From: Granulicella sp.
GTDB taxonomy: Bacteria; Acidobacteriota; Terriglobia; Terriglobales; Acidobacteriaceae
DNA length: 64,000 nucleotides
NCBI GenBank assembly: GCA_027450185.1
Contig: DAIDKF010000004.1
Span: 14,044 to 78,043 of the forward strand
Direction: 5' to 3'
This document shows positions 19,086 through 29,143 of this stretch, one piece after another; the stretch's first letter is position 1; each line of letters begins with the position of its first letter. The translations under genes were made by a program, and so were the position numbers. Under the pieces are notes generated by a model. It did not search any database. It saw only the letters and a program-made list of their open reading frames with translations, and was not told where the DNA came from.

Positions 19086-20284
19086 AACCTCCCCAACCCA
19101 AGTCGTTGCTTGTTGCCGGCATAATGTCGGGCACCTCCGCTGACGGCATCGACGTAGCGCTCTGCCGCATCTCGCCAGCACTTCGCCACGACAGCACCCC
19201 CCGTCTCAAACTTCTTGGCCACCGTGCATTCCTTTATGACAAAAAACTCCGCGCCACCATCCTTTCCATCGCCGCTGGCAACCAGACCACAGCCGCCGAA
19301 CTCACACAGCTCTCCTGGCGTCTCGGCGACCTCTACGCTGACTGCATCACCACGACCGCAAGAGAGCTGAACCTCAAGCCGCAATTAGCCGCCATCCACG
19401 GCCAGACGGTCTACCACCAGGCTGTACCCGCAAAATTCCTCGGATCTTCCATCCGCTGCACCGCACAGATTGGCGAACCAGCGCTCGTCGCTGCACGCAT
19501 GCACATTCCGGTGGTCAGCGACTTCCGGCCCAACGACCTGGCTGCGGGAGGACAGGGCGCGCCGCTCGTCCCCATGCTCGACTTCTGTATGTTTCGCCAC
19601 GCCACAAAGAATCGTCTCCTGCTGAATCTTGGAGGGATCGCCAACGTTACCGCGCTTCCCGCAGGCTGCGCCACAGACGGCGTTCTCGCCTTCGACACCG
19701 GCCCCGCCAATATCCTCATCGATCAGCTTATGCAGCAGCTCTACAATCGCCGCTTCGACAAGAGCGGCACTGTCGCCACCAGCGGCCAAGTGCTACAGCA
19801 AGTCCTCGACTGCCTCCTCACCACACCTTACTTCTCTGCTCCCGCGCCCAAGTCCTGCGGCCGTGAAGAGTTCGGCGGAGCCTTCGCCCATCATCTCCTT
19901 GCGCTCTGCACCCAGGCCAAGGCCAACAAGCAGGATGTCATCGCCACGGCCACCGCACTTACGGCCGCCACCATTCTCGCCTCCTACCGCCGAATCTGCT
20001 GGCCACACCTCAGCCAGCATGCGCCGCTCGCCCGAGCCACAGAACTTATCGCAGCCGGCGGCGGCGCAAAGAACCTCGCCCTGATGCGCCTCCTCACTGA
20101 AGGCTTCACACCGCTCGGCGTCAAGGTATCCACCACCGCCGACACTGGCCTTCCGGTCGAAGCCAAAGAGGCAGCCGCCTTCGCGCTGCTCGGCTGGCTC
20201 ACCTGGCATCGTCTTCCTGGCAACATCCCAAGCGCTACGGGCGCAGTCCGCCCTGTGATCCTTGGCAAGGTGACGCTCGCGTGA
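19082..20284 (+). CDS. anmK: Anhydro-N-acetylmuramic acid kinase
   Basis: GIMSGTSADGID, HGQTVYH, DFR..DLAAGGQGAPLVP, NLGGIAN, FDTGPAN, KSCGREEF, GGGAKN, KEA.AFA. Confidence 0.95.
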   Translation: MKPPQPKSLLVAGIMSGTSADGIDVALCRISPALRHDSTPRLKLLGHRAFLYDKKLRATILSIAAGNQTTAAELTQLSWRLGDLYADCITTTARELNLKPQLAAIHGQTVYHQAVPAKFLGSSIRCTAQIGEPALVAARMHIPVVSDFRPNDLAAGGQGAPLVPMLDFCMFRHATKNRLLLNLGGIANVTALPAGCATDGVLAFDTGPANILIDQLMQQLYNRRFDKSGTVATSGQVLQQVLDCLLTTPYFSAPAPKSCGREEFGGAFAHHLLALCTQAKANKQDVIATATALTAATILASYRRICWPHLSQHAPLARATELIAAGGGAKNLALMRLLTEGFTPLGVKVSTTADTGLPVEAKEAAAFALLGWLTWHRLPGNIPSATGAVRPVILGKVTLA

Positions 20285-21813
20285 GACGCCGCCTTGCCAC
20301 CGCGCTCGTTCTCATCACGATGGTTGCCCTCACCGGCTGTGCTGGCAGTCGCACACCCCATACCCTCACATTCCTCATCGAGTCCTCGCCTAACAATCTC
20401 GACGTCCGCCAGGGAGCCGACTCGCAATCCGAGCGCATCGGCGGCCTCATATACGATTCGCTTGTCCGGAAAGACGAGCACTTCAACCTGCAACCGTGGT
20501 TAGCCACCAGTTGGCAACGCCCCGACCCGCTCACATGGGTCTTTCATCTTCGTAGTGGCATCCGTTTCCACGACGGCCACCCGCTTACTTCAGCCGACGT
20601 CGCATGGTCCATCCGCAGCATGATCAACGGGGCGCTCATCACTCCCAAGGGTGGTGCCTTCAAAGCCATCACCGCGGTTGACACTCCGGACCCGCTAACC
20701 GTCATCGTGCACACCAACACGCCGCAGTCGAGCCTGCTCTTTAGCCTCAGCGATGGCCTCTTCGGTGTGGTTGAAGTCAATGCCGGTGCCGACGAAGGCC
20801 TTCACCCTATCGGCTCTGGACCTTTCCGCTTCGTCTCGCAGGTACAGGACAAGGAAGTGGTTCTGGACCGCAATCCAGGTTACTGGGCCGGCAACGTAAG
20901 CCCCACCATCCAACGCGTTCGCTTCCAGGTCATTCCAGACACGATCACCGCTGCGCTCGAGATGAAGAAAGGCTCGGCCGACATCGAGAGCAACGTCCTC
21001 ACCATGGACATGGTCCACGCTCTCGCAAGCGAGCCCAACCTACGCGTGGACACCGGCCCTGGCGCGCGCGTCGACTATCTGAACTTTAACGTCCAAGACC
21101 CCGCCCTGCGGAACCCGCGCGTCCGCCAGGCCATCGCCTTCGCGATCGACAGGCCTGCGCTCATTGCGGCTATATGGCGGGGCCACGCCTATCTTGCTGA
21201 TACGCTGCTGCCACGTGGCCACTGGGCCGCCGCGCCGGACGACGAACTGGCACAATATCCGCACAACGTTGCGCGAGCGATCCAATTACTTGACGCTGCG
21301 GGACTGAAGCCGGACCGCAACGGAGTGCGTCTGCGCCTCACACTGAAGACCTCCACCGACGAGACCACACGCATGGAAGCTCAGGCCATCCAAGCCGAAC
21401 TGCGCGATGCGGGGATCGTTCTCACTCTGCGCTCGGCCGAGTTCGGCACTTTCTACTCTGACATCACCAAGGGTGCATTCCAGATGTATGTTCTGCGCTG
21501 GATCGGCTCTAACGAAGACCCCGACATCTTTCACTACAGCTACGCAACAGAGATGTTTCCGCCCAAAGGAGCCAACCGCGGCCGCTACTCCAACCCCATT
21601 ATCGACGCTCTTCTCAAAGCTGCCAGCGTCACCACCGACCAATACGCCCGGCGCAGCGATTACATCCAGATCCAGCAGATCCTCGCAGAAGATCTCCCCA
21701 CAATTCCTCTTTGGTACCCCGACAATATCGTCGTCCACGCCGCCCGCGTGAGTGACATTACGCTCGACCCGGGCGGAAGTTTTGATTTTCTCAGGACGGC
21801 GAAGCTGCAGTAA
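20281..21813 (+). CDS. Peptide/nickel ABC transporter substrate-binding lipoprotein (family 5)
   Basis: Lipobox LTGC; P.LATSW, FHLR.GIRFHDG, IGSGPF, VRQAIAFAIDR. Confidence 0.9.
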   Translation: MRRRLATALVLITMVALTGCAGSRTPHTLTFLIESSPNNLDVRQGADSQSERIGGLIYDSLVRKDEHFNLQPWLATSWQRPDPLTWVFHLRSGIRFHDGHPLTSADVAWSIRSMINGALITPKGGAFKAITAVDTPDPLTVIVHTNTPQSSLLFSLSDGLFGVVEVNAGADEGLHPIGSGPFRFVSQVQDKEVVLDRNPGYWAGNVSPTIQRVRFQVIPDTITAALEMKKGSADIESNVLTMDMVHALASEPNLRVDTGPGARVDYLNFNVQDPALRNPRVRQAIAFAIDRPALIAAIWRGHAYLADTLLPRGHWAAAPDDELAQYPHNVARAIQLLDAAGLKPDRNGVRLRLTLKTSTDETTRMEAQAIQAELRDAGIVLTLRSAEFGTFYSDITKGAFQMYVLRWIGSNEDPDIFHYSYATEMFPPKGANRGRYSNPIIDALLKAASVTTDQYARRSDYIQIQQILAEDLPTIPLWYPDNIVVHAARVSDITLDPGGSFDFLRTAKLQ

Positions 21814-21900
21814 CAAACTATAAGGCGAATACCCGCACAGGCGTAGCGTGGCAGCCGAATTGTGTGTTGGGGAGAAGTTCTTATGAACTTTAAAAGTGAG

Positions 21901-21977
<77 letters not shown>

Positions 21978-22547
21978 ACTCCGGGCATGAGACTAAGTGT
22001 AGGCGATTGAGCGAAACAGAGCAATTGTGCTCTCCTTCCCAATGCAGGATGGACTGAAAGAGCCGGAGCGAGCAAGCTGAGGATGGGTGATCAGCCTGCA
22101 TGGAGCGGAGAAAGTAGTTTGGTTGAAGTGGAGGCATTTCCTTCGGTCTCGGCGGGCGGTCGCTTGCCAGGCGCAGATCACGCGGCTGAACCGAACTCTG
22201 CCTCAACACGCTCAAATGCGTGGCCGCATCTATCGCACGACATCGAAAGCCGCACGGCGCATCCAACATGCCCAAAGCAACCTGCAAGAAGATCAGCATG
22301 CACACTGAACCACCGTGCAAGCGGATCAAGCGTATGACGGCCGATTGAACTACCCCCACCGCCGCGACGACCGCGAACAGACCATGACGTTCTTCCCGAA
22401 AGCAGACACTCCACGTCCTCTCTGCACGCCGAGATCTCACCGTTCAGGTTTACTTCATCATTCGAAAGGGCTCAATCACCTTGAATCGTTCGTTTCCGGG
22501 ATAGTTTCAGCGCCACACGCTTTAGCGCTATCATCCATGCAACGGCC

Positions 22548-23423
22548 ATGGACCAAACTCATCGACCCCCCTCAAGACTCAGATTCCTGCTGCAACGCGC
22601 CGCGCATCAGCGCCTCGCCTTCGCTGGCTGCCTGGTCCTCACGCTGTTCATCTTCTGCGCCCTCTTTGCCCCCTGGCTTGCGCCCCACGACCCCGCACGG
22701 CTGAACCTGAGCGCGCGGCTTCTTTCGCCCTCCACCGCACATTGGTTTGGCACTGACGAACTTGGCCGTGACGTCCTCTCGCGCACACTGTATGGCGCTC
22801 GCATCTCACTCACCGTCGCTGTTGCTGTGGTCGGCATCTCGCTCGTGCTCGGAGCCACCCTCGGTATGCTCGCCGGCTTTTATGGCGGATTCACCGACAC
22901 CCTTGTTAACGTCTACCTCACCAATGCCTTTCTGGCCCTTCCCGGAATCCTTCTCGCCGTCATGATCGTTGCGTTCCTCGGCCCCTCGCTTGCGAATCTT
23001 ATCCTGGCCCTCGCTCTCGCCGGGTGGGTCAACTACGCCCGCCTCGTCCGCGCCCAGGTCCTCACGGTCAAGCAGCGCGAATACGTACAGGCCGCCCGCT
23101 CTCTCGGCGCCACCGACCTCCATCTCATGCTCCGACACATCCTGCCCAACATCCTTCAGCCGCTGCTCGTACAGGCTGCCGTAGGTATGGCCGCTGCCGT
23201 TCTCTCCGAGGCCACCCTCAGCTTCCTCGGCCTCGGCGTCCAACCCCCCACACCCACCTGGGGAGCTATGCTCAACGACGCTCGCTCCCACATGTTTGAG
23301 TCCCCCTACCTCATGTTTTTCCCCGCTTTCGCGCTCGCCCTCTGCGTGTTCTCCTTCAACCTCATCAGTGACGGCCTCCGCGACTACCTCGACCCCCGTG
23401 CCCGTATCCGCGAAGGCCTCTAG
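22548..23423 (+). CDS. Peptide ABC transporter permease (DppC/OppC-like)
   Basis: HWFGTDELGRD, YGARISL, EYVQAARSLGA (EAA loop), RHILPN, EATLSFLGLG, WGAML. Confidence 0.92.
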   Translation: MDQTHRPPSRLRFLLQRAAHQRLAFAGCLVLTLFIFCALFAPWLAPHDPARLNLSARLLSPSTAHWFGTDELGRDVLSRTLYGARISLTVAVAVVGISLVLGATLGMLAGFYGGFTDTLVNVYLTNAFLALPGILLAVMIVAFLGPSLANLILALALAGWVNYARLVRAQVLTVKQREYVQAARSLGATDLHLMLRHILPNILQPLLVQAAVGMAAAVLSEATLSFLGLGVQPPTPTWGAMLNDARSHMFESPYLMFFPAFALALCVFSFNLISDGLRDYLDPRARIREGL

Positions 23424-23424
23424 C

Positions 23425-23883
23425 ATGCTCATCGGCGTACTCTCCGACACTCACGGCATCCTCCGCCCCGAACTCCTCTCCATCCTCGCCGGAGTCGATC
23501 ACATCCTCCACGCAGGCGACATTGGCGATCCCACCATCCTCACCGAACTGACCGGCATTGCCCCCGTCACGGCCATTCGCGGCAACGTCGACACGCACGG
23601 CCCCTGCGCCGCCCTTCCACCCACCGAGGCCATCGAACTTGCCGGCTGCCTCATCTATATCGTCCACGCCCTGGACGAACTCGACCTCAACCCCCAGGCA
23701 GCAGGCATCGCTGTCGTCCTCTACGGACACTCCCACCAACCGTCCATTCAGCACCGCAACGGTATCCTCTATCTCAACCCCGGCAGCGCTGGCCCCCGCC
23801 GCTTCAACCTGCCTATCACCTGCGCACTCCTGCGCATCACCAACGGCCAACCCGCCGCCGAAATTCTTCCCCTCATCCCCTGA
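23425..23883 (+). CDS. YfcE-like metallophosphoesterase
   Basis: SDTHG, HAGD, RGNVD, GHSH, NPGS motifs. Confidence 0.9.
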   Translation: MLIGVLSDTHGILRPELLSILAGVDHILHAGDIGDPTILTELTGIAPVTAIRGNVDTHGPCAALPPTEAIELAGCLIYIVHALDELDLNPQAAGIAVVLYGHSHQPSIQHRNGILYLNPGSAGPRRFNLPITCALLRITNGQPAAEILPLIP

Positions 23884-23934
23884 CCAACCCCCTCCAGCAA
23901 AAATACATTCCGCTCCCGATCTACACTGAGATCT

Positions 23935-25266
23935 ATGAAGATCAGATGGGTACATCTCGCCGTAGTGCTGGTGATGATCTTCGGTGCTGCTGCGGAGAGG
24001 GCGCAACAGGAGACGCCGGTCAATGAGACTCCATCGGCGACTGCGACTGTGGTCATTCCAACGGGCGTTCCGTTGCATATTCAAATTGGTCAAACGGCGG
24101 ATCTGCGCGTCGGGGTCTCTGTGAAGGGTGTGCTTACCGAGCCGATTTATGTGCGCGACCGTTTAGTGCTTCCGATTGGCTCCGCTGTTCGTGGCAAGGT
24201 TGTCGGGTTTGTACCTGTGGAACATCTGGTTCGCGAGCAGGCGCTCTTGAACGGCGATTTGACGCCTCTGCATGATCCGGTGGTAGATTTCACGACCGTG
24301 CACCTTGCCGCAACAAATGTGGATGTTCCGATGGAGACACAGGCCTACATCCGCACTACTCAGATGGTAAGGTTCACCAGCACGAAGAAGCCATCGCTGA
24401 TTCGGCGCGGCATCAACGCCGCCAAGGCGAGCGTTCACGATACGTACGCCGCCTTCTTCGGTCCGGGCAAACGGGATCGTGCGCTCAGACTGCTTTACGG
24501 CCAGCTCCCGTATCATCCGCAGCGCATCTGGGCGGGTACACAATTCGTTGCGGAGCTCACGGCAGCGGTCACGTTGCAGCTTCCGGCGTTGCCACCGGTT
24601 GCGGTATCCGACTCCTCCAGCCTGAGCGGCAAAGTCGTCGATGCACGCCTGACGGAGCCTCTGGATTCCAAGACGGCGAAGAGGGGCGAGTCGGTCACGG
24701 CGCTGGTCACTGCTCCGCTGTTTGACCATGACCACAGACTCATCCTGCCCGAAGGCGCAGAGCTGGACGGCTTGGTGTCGATGAGCAAACCTGCGCGCAG
24801 CTTTGGCCGCAATGGTCAGTTGCGCTTCGCGATTCGAGGAGTGAAGAATCCAATTGAAACCGCGGAGCAACACAAGGAGACGGTCTACGGAACATTATCG
24901 GGGGCGGAGGGGAACTCAGGGCAGAATCTCTCGGTCGACTCCGAGGGGAACGTCAAAGCCAGCCCTGACAAAGGTCGCTTCGTAGCTCCGCTACTCCTGG
25001 CGGCAACGGCCATGGCGGGCGCAGATCAGGATAGTGGTCAGGCTGCCGGTGGTGGAAGCCCAGCGTTTGGCAACATGGCGGTAGCATCGAATGGCTTCGG
25101 TCTGGTGGCACGAGTGGCTGCGATCACCGCGGGCAGTCGCAATCTGGCAATCGGGTTCGGAGCGTACGCGTTTGCGAAGTCTGTCTACTTTCGCTTTCTG
25201 ACGCGCGGCCACGAGGTTACGTTTCCGCGTGACACGCAGCTTGAGGTTACATTTTCGGCTCGATGA
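23935..25266 (+). CDS. Secreted protein with two TrbI/VirB10-like domains
   Basis: Signal peptide; two repeats of L.EP...(G..V)...P.....LP.G....G.V; C-terminal GHEVTFPRDTQLEV. Confidence 0.6.
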   Translation: MKIRWVHLAVVLVMIFGAAAERAQQETPVNETPSATATVVIPTGVPLHIQIGQTADLRVGVSVKGVLTEPIYVRDRLVLPIGSAVRGKVVGFVPVEHLVREQALLNGDLTPLHDPVVDFTTVHLAATNVDVPMETQAYIRTTQMVRFTSTKKPSLIRRGINAAKASVHDTYAAFFGPGKRDRALRLLYGQLPYHPQRIWAGTQFVAELTAAVTLQLPALPPVAVSDSSSLSGKVVDARLTEPLDSKTAKRGESVTALVTAPLFDHDHRLILPEGAELDGLVSMSKPARSFGRNGQLRFAIRGVKNPIETAEQHKETVYGTLSGAEGNSGQNLSVDSEGNVKASPDKGRFVAPLLLAATAMAGADQDSGQAAGGGSPAFGNMAVASNGFGLVARVAAITAGSRNLAIGFGAYAFAKSVYFRFLTRGHEVTFPRDTQLEVTFSAR

Positions 25267-25312
25267 ACGGGATGAAGGGCTGCTCGGGGCTGAGGGTCAT
25301 CTTGCACAACGC

Positions 25313-26281
25313 CTAGGATGGATCGAGCATAGGTGCCTGTTCAGTAGTGCTCAGAGGCAGCGGAGCAAGGACGGTTGCGCAGGCTACGACGAGGGCCATC
25401 CAGTAGGCGTCTGCACCGAGAAGATGCAGGATCTGCATCCAGGTCGGCGCAAGAAGAACCACATCGGTCGCTCCGAGGATAAGTTGCGCACAGATGAGGG
25501 CCAGTACGAGGCGGCCCAAGGTGCTTCGCAGTTGCAGGGCAAGCCAAATGGCGGTGCCGAGAGCAATCAGAGCGGAGGCCGGATGCAGCCAGCGCATGCG
25601 GACCAGCAGCGGCACATGAGCGGCGAAATCCTGCAGGAAGGCACCGTGAAGAGATGTGGGCGGGAAGAGCGTGTCGGCGAGCGCAGCGATGGAGCCGGCA
25701 CCGCCTACGAAGAGGGTGGCAACGAGCGCGAACCATGCGGCTGCGCGGGTCTGTGCGTTGATGACGACGGTGGGCTGTGGGTGACTGCTGAGCCACCACC
25801 AAGTGAGGGTGATGGCCGCGAGCAGGAGCATCGTGTTGGTGAAGTGGATGCACTGCATGACGACGCGCATGTTCGAGGCGTTGTTTTCGACGTAGCCGCC
25901 CTTGACGAGCAGGGCGCCGAGGAGGGCCTCGGTGATAAGCAGAGTGCCGGACCAGACGACAGCGCGTCGGGCGCGGTCTCCACGTGGGCGCGCGAGGAAT
26001 GTCCAGCCAATGAGGACGGCGATCAGTGTGGTGCAGATGCCGGTCATGGAGCGGTGGGTGTACTCAATGAGGGTGGTGAGGCGCGGGTGGTGGGGGAAGA
26101 AATCGCCGTTACAGAGTGGCCAGTGATTGCCGCAGCCGGCACCCGATCCTGTGGCGCGGACGAGCGCTCCTTCGAGGATCACCAGCACCATGAACCCAAC
26201 GGAGATGGCGGCGAAGCGTGGGAGGGCGCGAGGATATCTTGACTTGACTGGGGCCGATGCTGGAACCACTGCGCTGGTCAT
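25313..26281 (-). CDS. ctaA: Heme A synthase (COX15/CtaA family)
   Basis: GALVRATGSGAGCGNHWPLCNG, IEYTHR and further conserved His (CIHF, WLHP, LHL); about 8 transmembrane helices. Confidence 0.85.
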   Translation of the reverse strand: MTSAVVPASAPVKSRYPRALPRFAAISVGFMVLVILEGALVRATGSGAGCGNHWPLCNGDFFPHHPRLTTLIEYTHRSMTGICTTLIAVLIGWTFLARPRGDRARRAVVWSGTLLITEALLGALLVKGGYVENNASNMRVVMQCIHFTNTMLLLAAITLTWWWLSSHPQPTVVINAQTRAAAWFALVATLFVGGAGSIAALADTLFPPTSLHGAFLQDFAAHVPLLVRMRWLHPASALIALGTAIWLALQLRSTLGRLVLALICAQLILGATDVVLLAPTWMQILHLLGADAYWMALVVACATVLAPLPLSTTEQAPMLDPS

Positions 26282-26345
26282 GGAGTTGATTGTACGAGCG
26301 AGCGATTGCTGGTGCGTTCGGTATACGAGCGAGCGGTTGAGAAGA

Positions 26346-27212
26346 CTAACCGCATGCCAGTTCGCGGGCGCGTTCGGTGGCGCGTTTGACAGCCTTGATG
26401 AGTGTGACGCGAAGGCCGCCTTCTTCGAGTTCAAGAATGCCGTCGACCGTGCAGCCGGCAGGGGTAGTGACTTCGTCCTTGAGCAGAGCGGGGTGGGAAC
26501 CGGTTTCGAGCACCATGCGGGCGGCGCCGTAGGTGGTCTGCGCGGCCAGCAGAGTGGCGATGTCGCGCGGGAGGCCAACGTTGACGCCAGCTTCGGCGAG
26601 CGCTTCGATGATGATGTAGAGAAAGGCCGGGCCGGAGCCGGAGAGGCCGGTGACCGCGTCCATGTGCTTTTCGTCGACGACAACGGTGCGGCCGACGGTG
26701 GCGAAGATCTGCTCGGCGAGCGCGAGCTGCTGGTCAGAGACAAACCTGCCTCGGCATATGGCCGTGACGCCCGCACCAAGCATGGCGGGGGTATTGGGCA
26801 TGGCGCGAATGACGGCGAGTTGACAACCTGCAGCGTCTTCAATGGCGGCGGTCTTGACCGAGGCGGCGAACGAGATGAGGAGCTTGCCGGGATGAAGCGC
26901 TGGTGCGATGCTGGAGACGATATCTCCCATTTGCTGCGGCTTGACGCCCAGCAGAATGATGTCGGAGATCTTTGCAGCCTTCAGATTATCCGTGGTGACG
27001 GAGATGCCGAACTGTTTAGAAAGAGCTTCGGCGCGCGCTCGATGAGCGACGGTTGCGACGATATGTTTTTGAGGAAACAGGCCGCTGCGCAGAAACGCCT
27101 GTACCAGGATGCCGCCCATCTTGCCTGTGCCAAGGACGGCGACGCAAAGGCTGGCGGTGGAGGCCGCTGCAGGCTCTGCATTGGTGGAATTCGATTTCTT
27201 TGAAGATGTCAT
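26346..27212 (-). CDS. proC: Pyrroline-5-carboxylate reductase
   Basis: GTGKMG, VKPQ, RAMPNTP, TGLSGSGPA, VTTPAGCT. Confidence 0.95.
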   Translation of the reverse strand: MTSSKKSNSTNAEPAAASTASLCVAVLGTGKMGGILVQAFLRSGLFPQKHIVATVAHRARAEALSKQFGISVTTDNLKAAKISDIILLGVKPQQMGDIVSSIAPALHPGKLLISFAASVKTAAIEDAAGCQLAVIRAMPNTPAMLGAGVTAICRGRFVSDQQLALAEQIFATVGRTVVVDEKHMDAVTGLSGSGPAFLYIIIEALAEAGVNVGLPRDIATLLAAQTTYGAARMVLETGSHPALLKDEVTTPAGCTVDGILELEEGGLRVTLIKAVKRATERARELACG

Positions 27213-27313
27213 GCTGCAAGGCTATCAAATGCCAAGCTTTGCATTGTCAGGCAAATGCAAACTGATGCATTGTAGAACGACAGCCGAGGGGGCGAATCCA
27301 CTGTCATCCGGGT

Positions 27314-28294
27314 TTATCCGGTCATGCGCAGACGTGCAGCGGAGAGTGATGACGCTGCGGGCTGGACCTGAGCGTCAAGCATGCGATAGAGCGTGGAGCG
27401 GCTGATACCGAGGACCTCTGCGGTGCGAACCTTGTTTCCGTTGCAAGCGAAGAGCACGGCGCGGATATGCTCCTGGATGACATCATCAAGGGGCATCAGA
27501 CGGACCTCGCGGCGGTCATGTAGCAGAGGCTGGGGAATGGTGCCGAGAACGGTTTCGAGATCGAGCGCGTGCAGAACGGGGCGGGATGGATGCTCGATCA
27601 AGGCGGCGGCGGCGGCATGCAACTGGTTGAGGTTGCCGGGCCAGGTAAGAGTCATGGCCGCATCCATAAGGTCGGGAGCGAGCTGTGGCGATGAGATGCC
27701 CGATTGCCTGGCGACCTCGCGCACGAGATCGGTGAGCAAGGTCGGGATGTCCTCGCTACGATCGCGCAGGGATGGAAGGGTGACGCGCAGCGCACCGAGG
27801 GAGTCTGCAAGTTCCGCAGAGAAACTACCGGAGCTTACCAATGGGCGAAGGCCGCGCTCGGCAAATGCAACGATGCGCGGAGCCTGGGAATCGTGCTTGC
27901 GAATGAGACGAAGCAGGGCGATCTGAACGGTGCGGGGCAGGCGCTCCGGGCGAGGAATGTAGAGCATTCCCTGAGCTTCCATCGAGTCGGGCAAGCGATT
28001 GGCTCCGAAGAGGAGTTCAATCGTGGCGGGAGTTAGGGTTACTAAGGGGCGATGACTGAGTGGCGAGAGTTGGTGCAGGAGATGTGCAGCCGATTCCTCG
28101 CCGCAACCTCGTTCCCCGGTAAGCAGGGCAGTACGAAAGTACGGCGCAACGCGGTGGATCTGGGCACGCAGATTCGTCATAACTACACTGGAACCCGCGA
28201 GCCAAATGGCGGGTGACGGAGAAAGAGAGTCAGTCTCGAGCGGCGGTCGTGTTTCAACCGGAGAGAGACTCGGTACCGGATTAGGTTCTGCCAT
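27314..28294 (-). CDS. Degenerate sigma54-activator-like (NtrC/Fis) regulator
   Basis: LLTGERGCGEE (degenerate Walker A), LPSLRDRSEDIP, WPGN, C-terminal Fis HTH TAEVLGISRSTLYR; no GAFTGA loop. Confidence 0.8.
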   Translation of the reverse strand: MAEPNPVPSLSPVETRPPLETDSLSPSPAIWLAGSSVVMTNLRAQIHRVAPYFRTALLTGERGCGEESAAHLLHQLSPLSHRPLVTLTPATIELLFGANRLPDSMEAQGMLYIPRPERLPRTVQIALLRLIRKHDSQAPRIVAFAERGLRPLVSSGSFSAELADSLGALRVTLPSLRDRSEDIPTLLTDLVREVARQSGISSPQLAPDLMDAAMTLTWPGNLNQLHAAAAALIEHPSRPVLHALDLETVLGTIPQPLLHDRREVRLMPLDDVIQEHIRAVLFACNGNKVRTAEVLGISRSTLYRMLDAQVQPAASSLSAARLRMTG

Positions 28295-28430
28295 GGTTGC
28301 TATATCGGCAGTTTGTGTCAAAGCTACAGCGATCCGGCCATGAATGGATCGCTGTAGGATAAAACAATGAGCGGGCAGCAAAAGCTTTCCGCTCATAAAG
28401 TTACAGTCTATAGAGGCGAAAAGGGTAACG

Positions 28431-28856
28431 TTACGCCACAGATTTGGCGCAGTAGGTGTCAAAGGCGCGGGTGAGCTCCTGGGCGATGGCGGGAGCGGTG
28501 GAGTTCTCGATGGCAGAGCGCTGAAGGAGATAAATAAGCTGGCCGTCGCGGAGGATGGCGATGGCGGGAGAGGTGGGGGGATGGCCCTGAAAGTAGCTGC
28601 GGGCGCGCTCGGTGGCGTCGCGGTCCTGGCCGGCGAAGACGGTGATGGTCTGATCTGGCTTGGTGGCGTGCTGGAGCGCGAGGCGAACGCCGGGACGCAT
28701 CTTGCCGGCGGCGCAACCGCAGACGGAGTTCACGATCAGCATGGTCGTTCCGGGCTTTGCCAGTGCAGCATCGACCTCTGCGCTGGTGCGCGCCTCTTGA
28801 ATGCCGGCTTTGGTCAACTCTTCGCGCATCGGAATGAGCATTAACTCTGGGTACAT
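28431..28856 (-). CDS. BrxA/BrxB family bacilliredoxin
   Basis: PMREEL, VNSVCGCAAG..RP, TVFAGQD..AT..AR, PPTSP; AGGAGG ribosome-binding site. Confidence 0.9.
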   Translation of the reverse strand: MYPELMLIPMREELTKAGIQEARTSAEVDAALAKPGTTMLIVNSVCGCAAGKMRPGVRLALQHATKPDQTITVFAGQDRDATERARSYFQGHPPTSPAIAILRDGQLIYLLQRSAIENSTAPAIAQELTRAFDTYCAKSVA

Positions 28857-29143
28857 CGTCTTACCTCCTGAATCTGGGAGAAACTTAACTGCTTTGAATT
28901 CGATTGTACGTTGCCGGGTTGGGCCACGGGGGACCCCTATCCCGTTCGACATAAAGTATGCACAAACCTCAGCTTAGCGCCGGATTTGTGAGGTAACCAT
29001 GCTCCTCAAGGCCGCTGATTGCAGCGGCCGCACCTGCCGGTTCAGCAAAAGAGCCTGAGGTCAACGATCAAACTTCATCGCTTCTGTCATTGTAGCGGTG
29101 GTGTCAACCTCTCGCGGTACATGAGAGGCCGTATGCTGGTTGG

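Noticed and set aside
21875-21890. AAGTTC-TTAT-GAACTT dyad just downstream of tRNA-Val as an att site or terminator
   Set aside because: Weak AT-rich stem without a U-tract; no duplicated tRNA 3' end or integrase was seen in the window.
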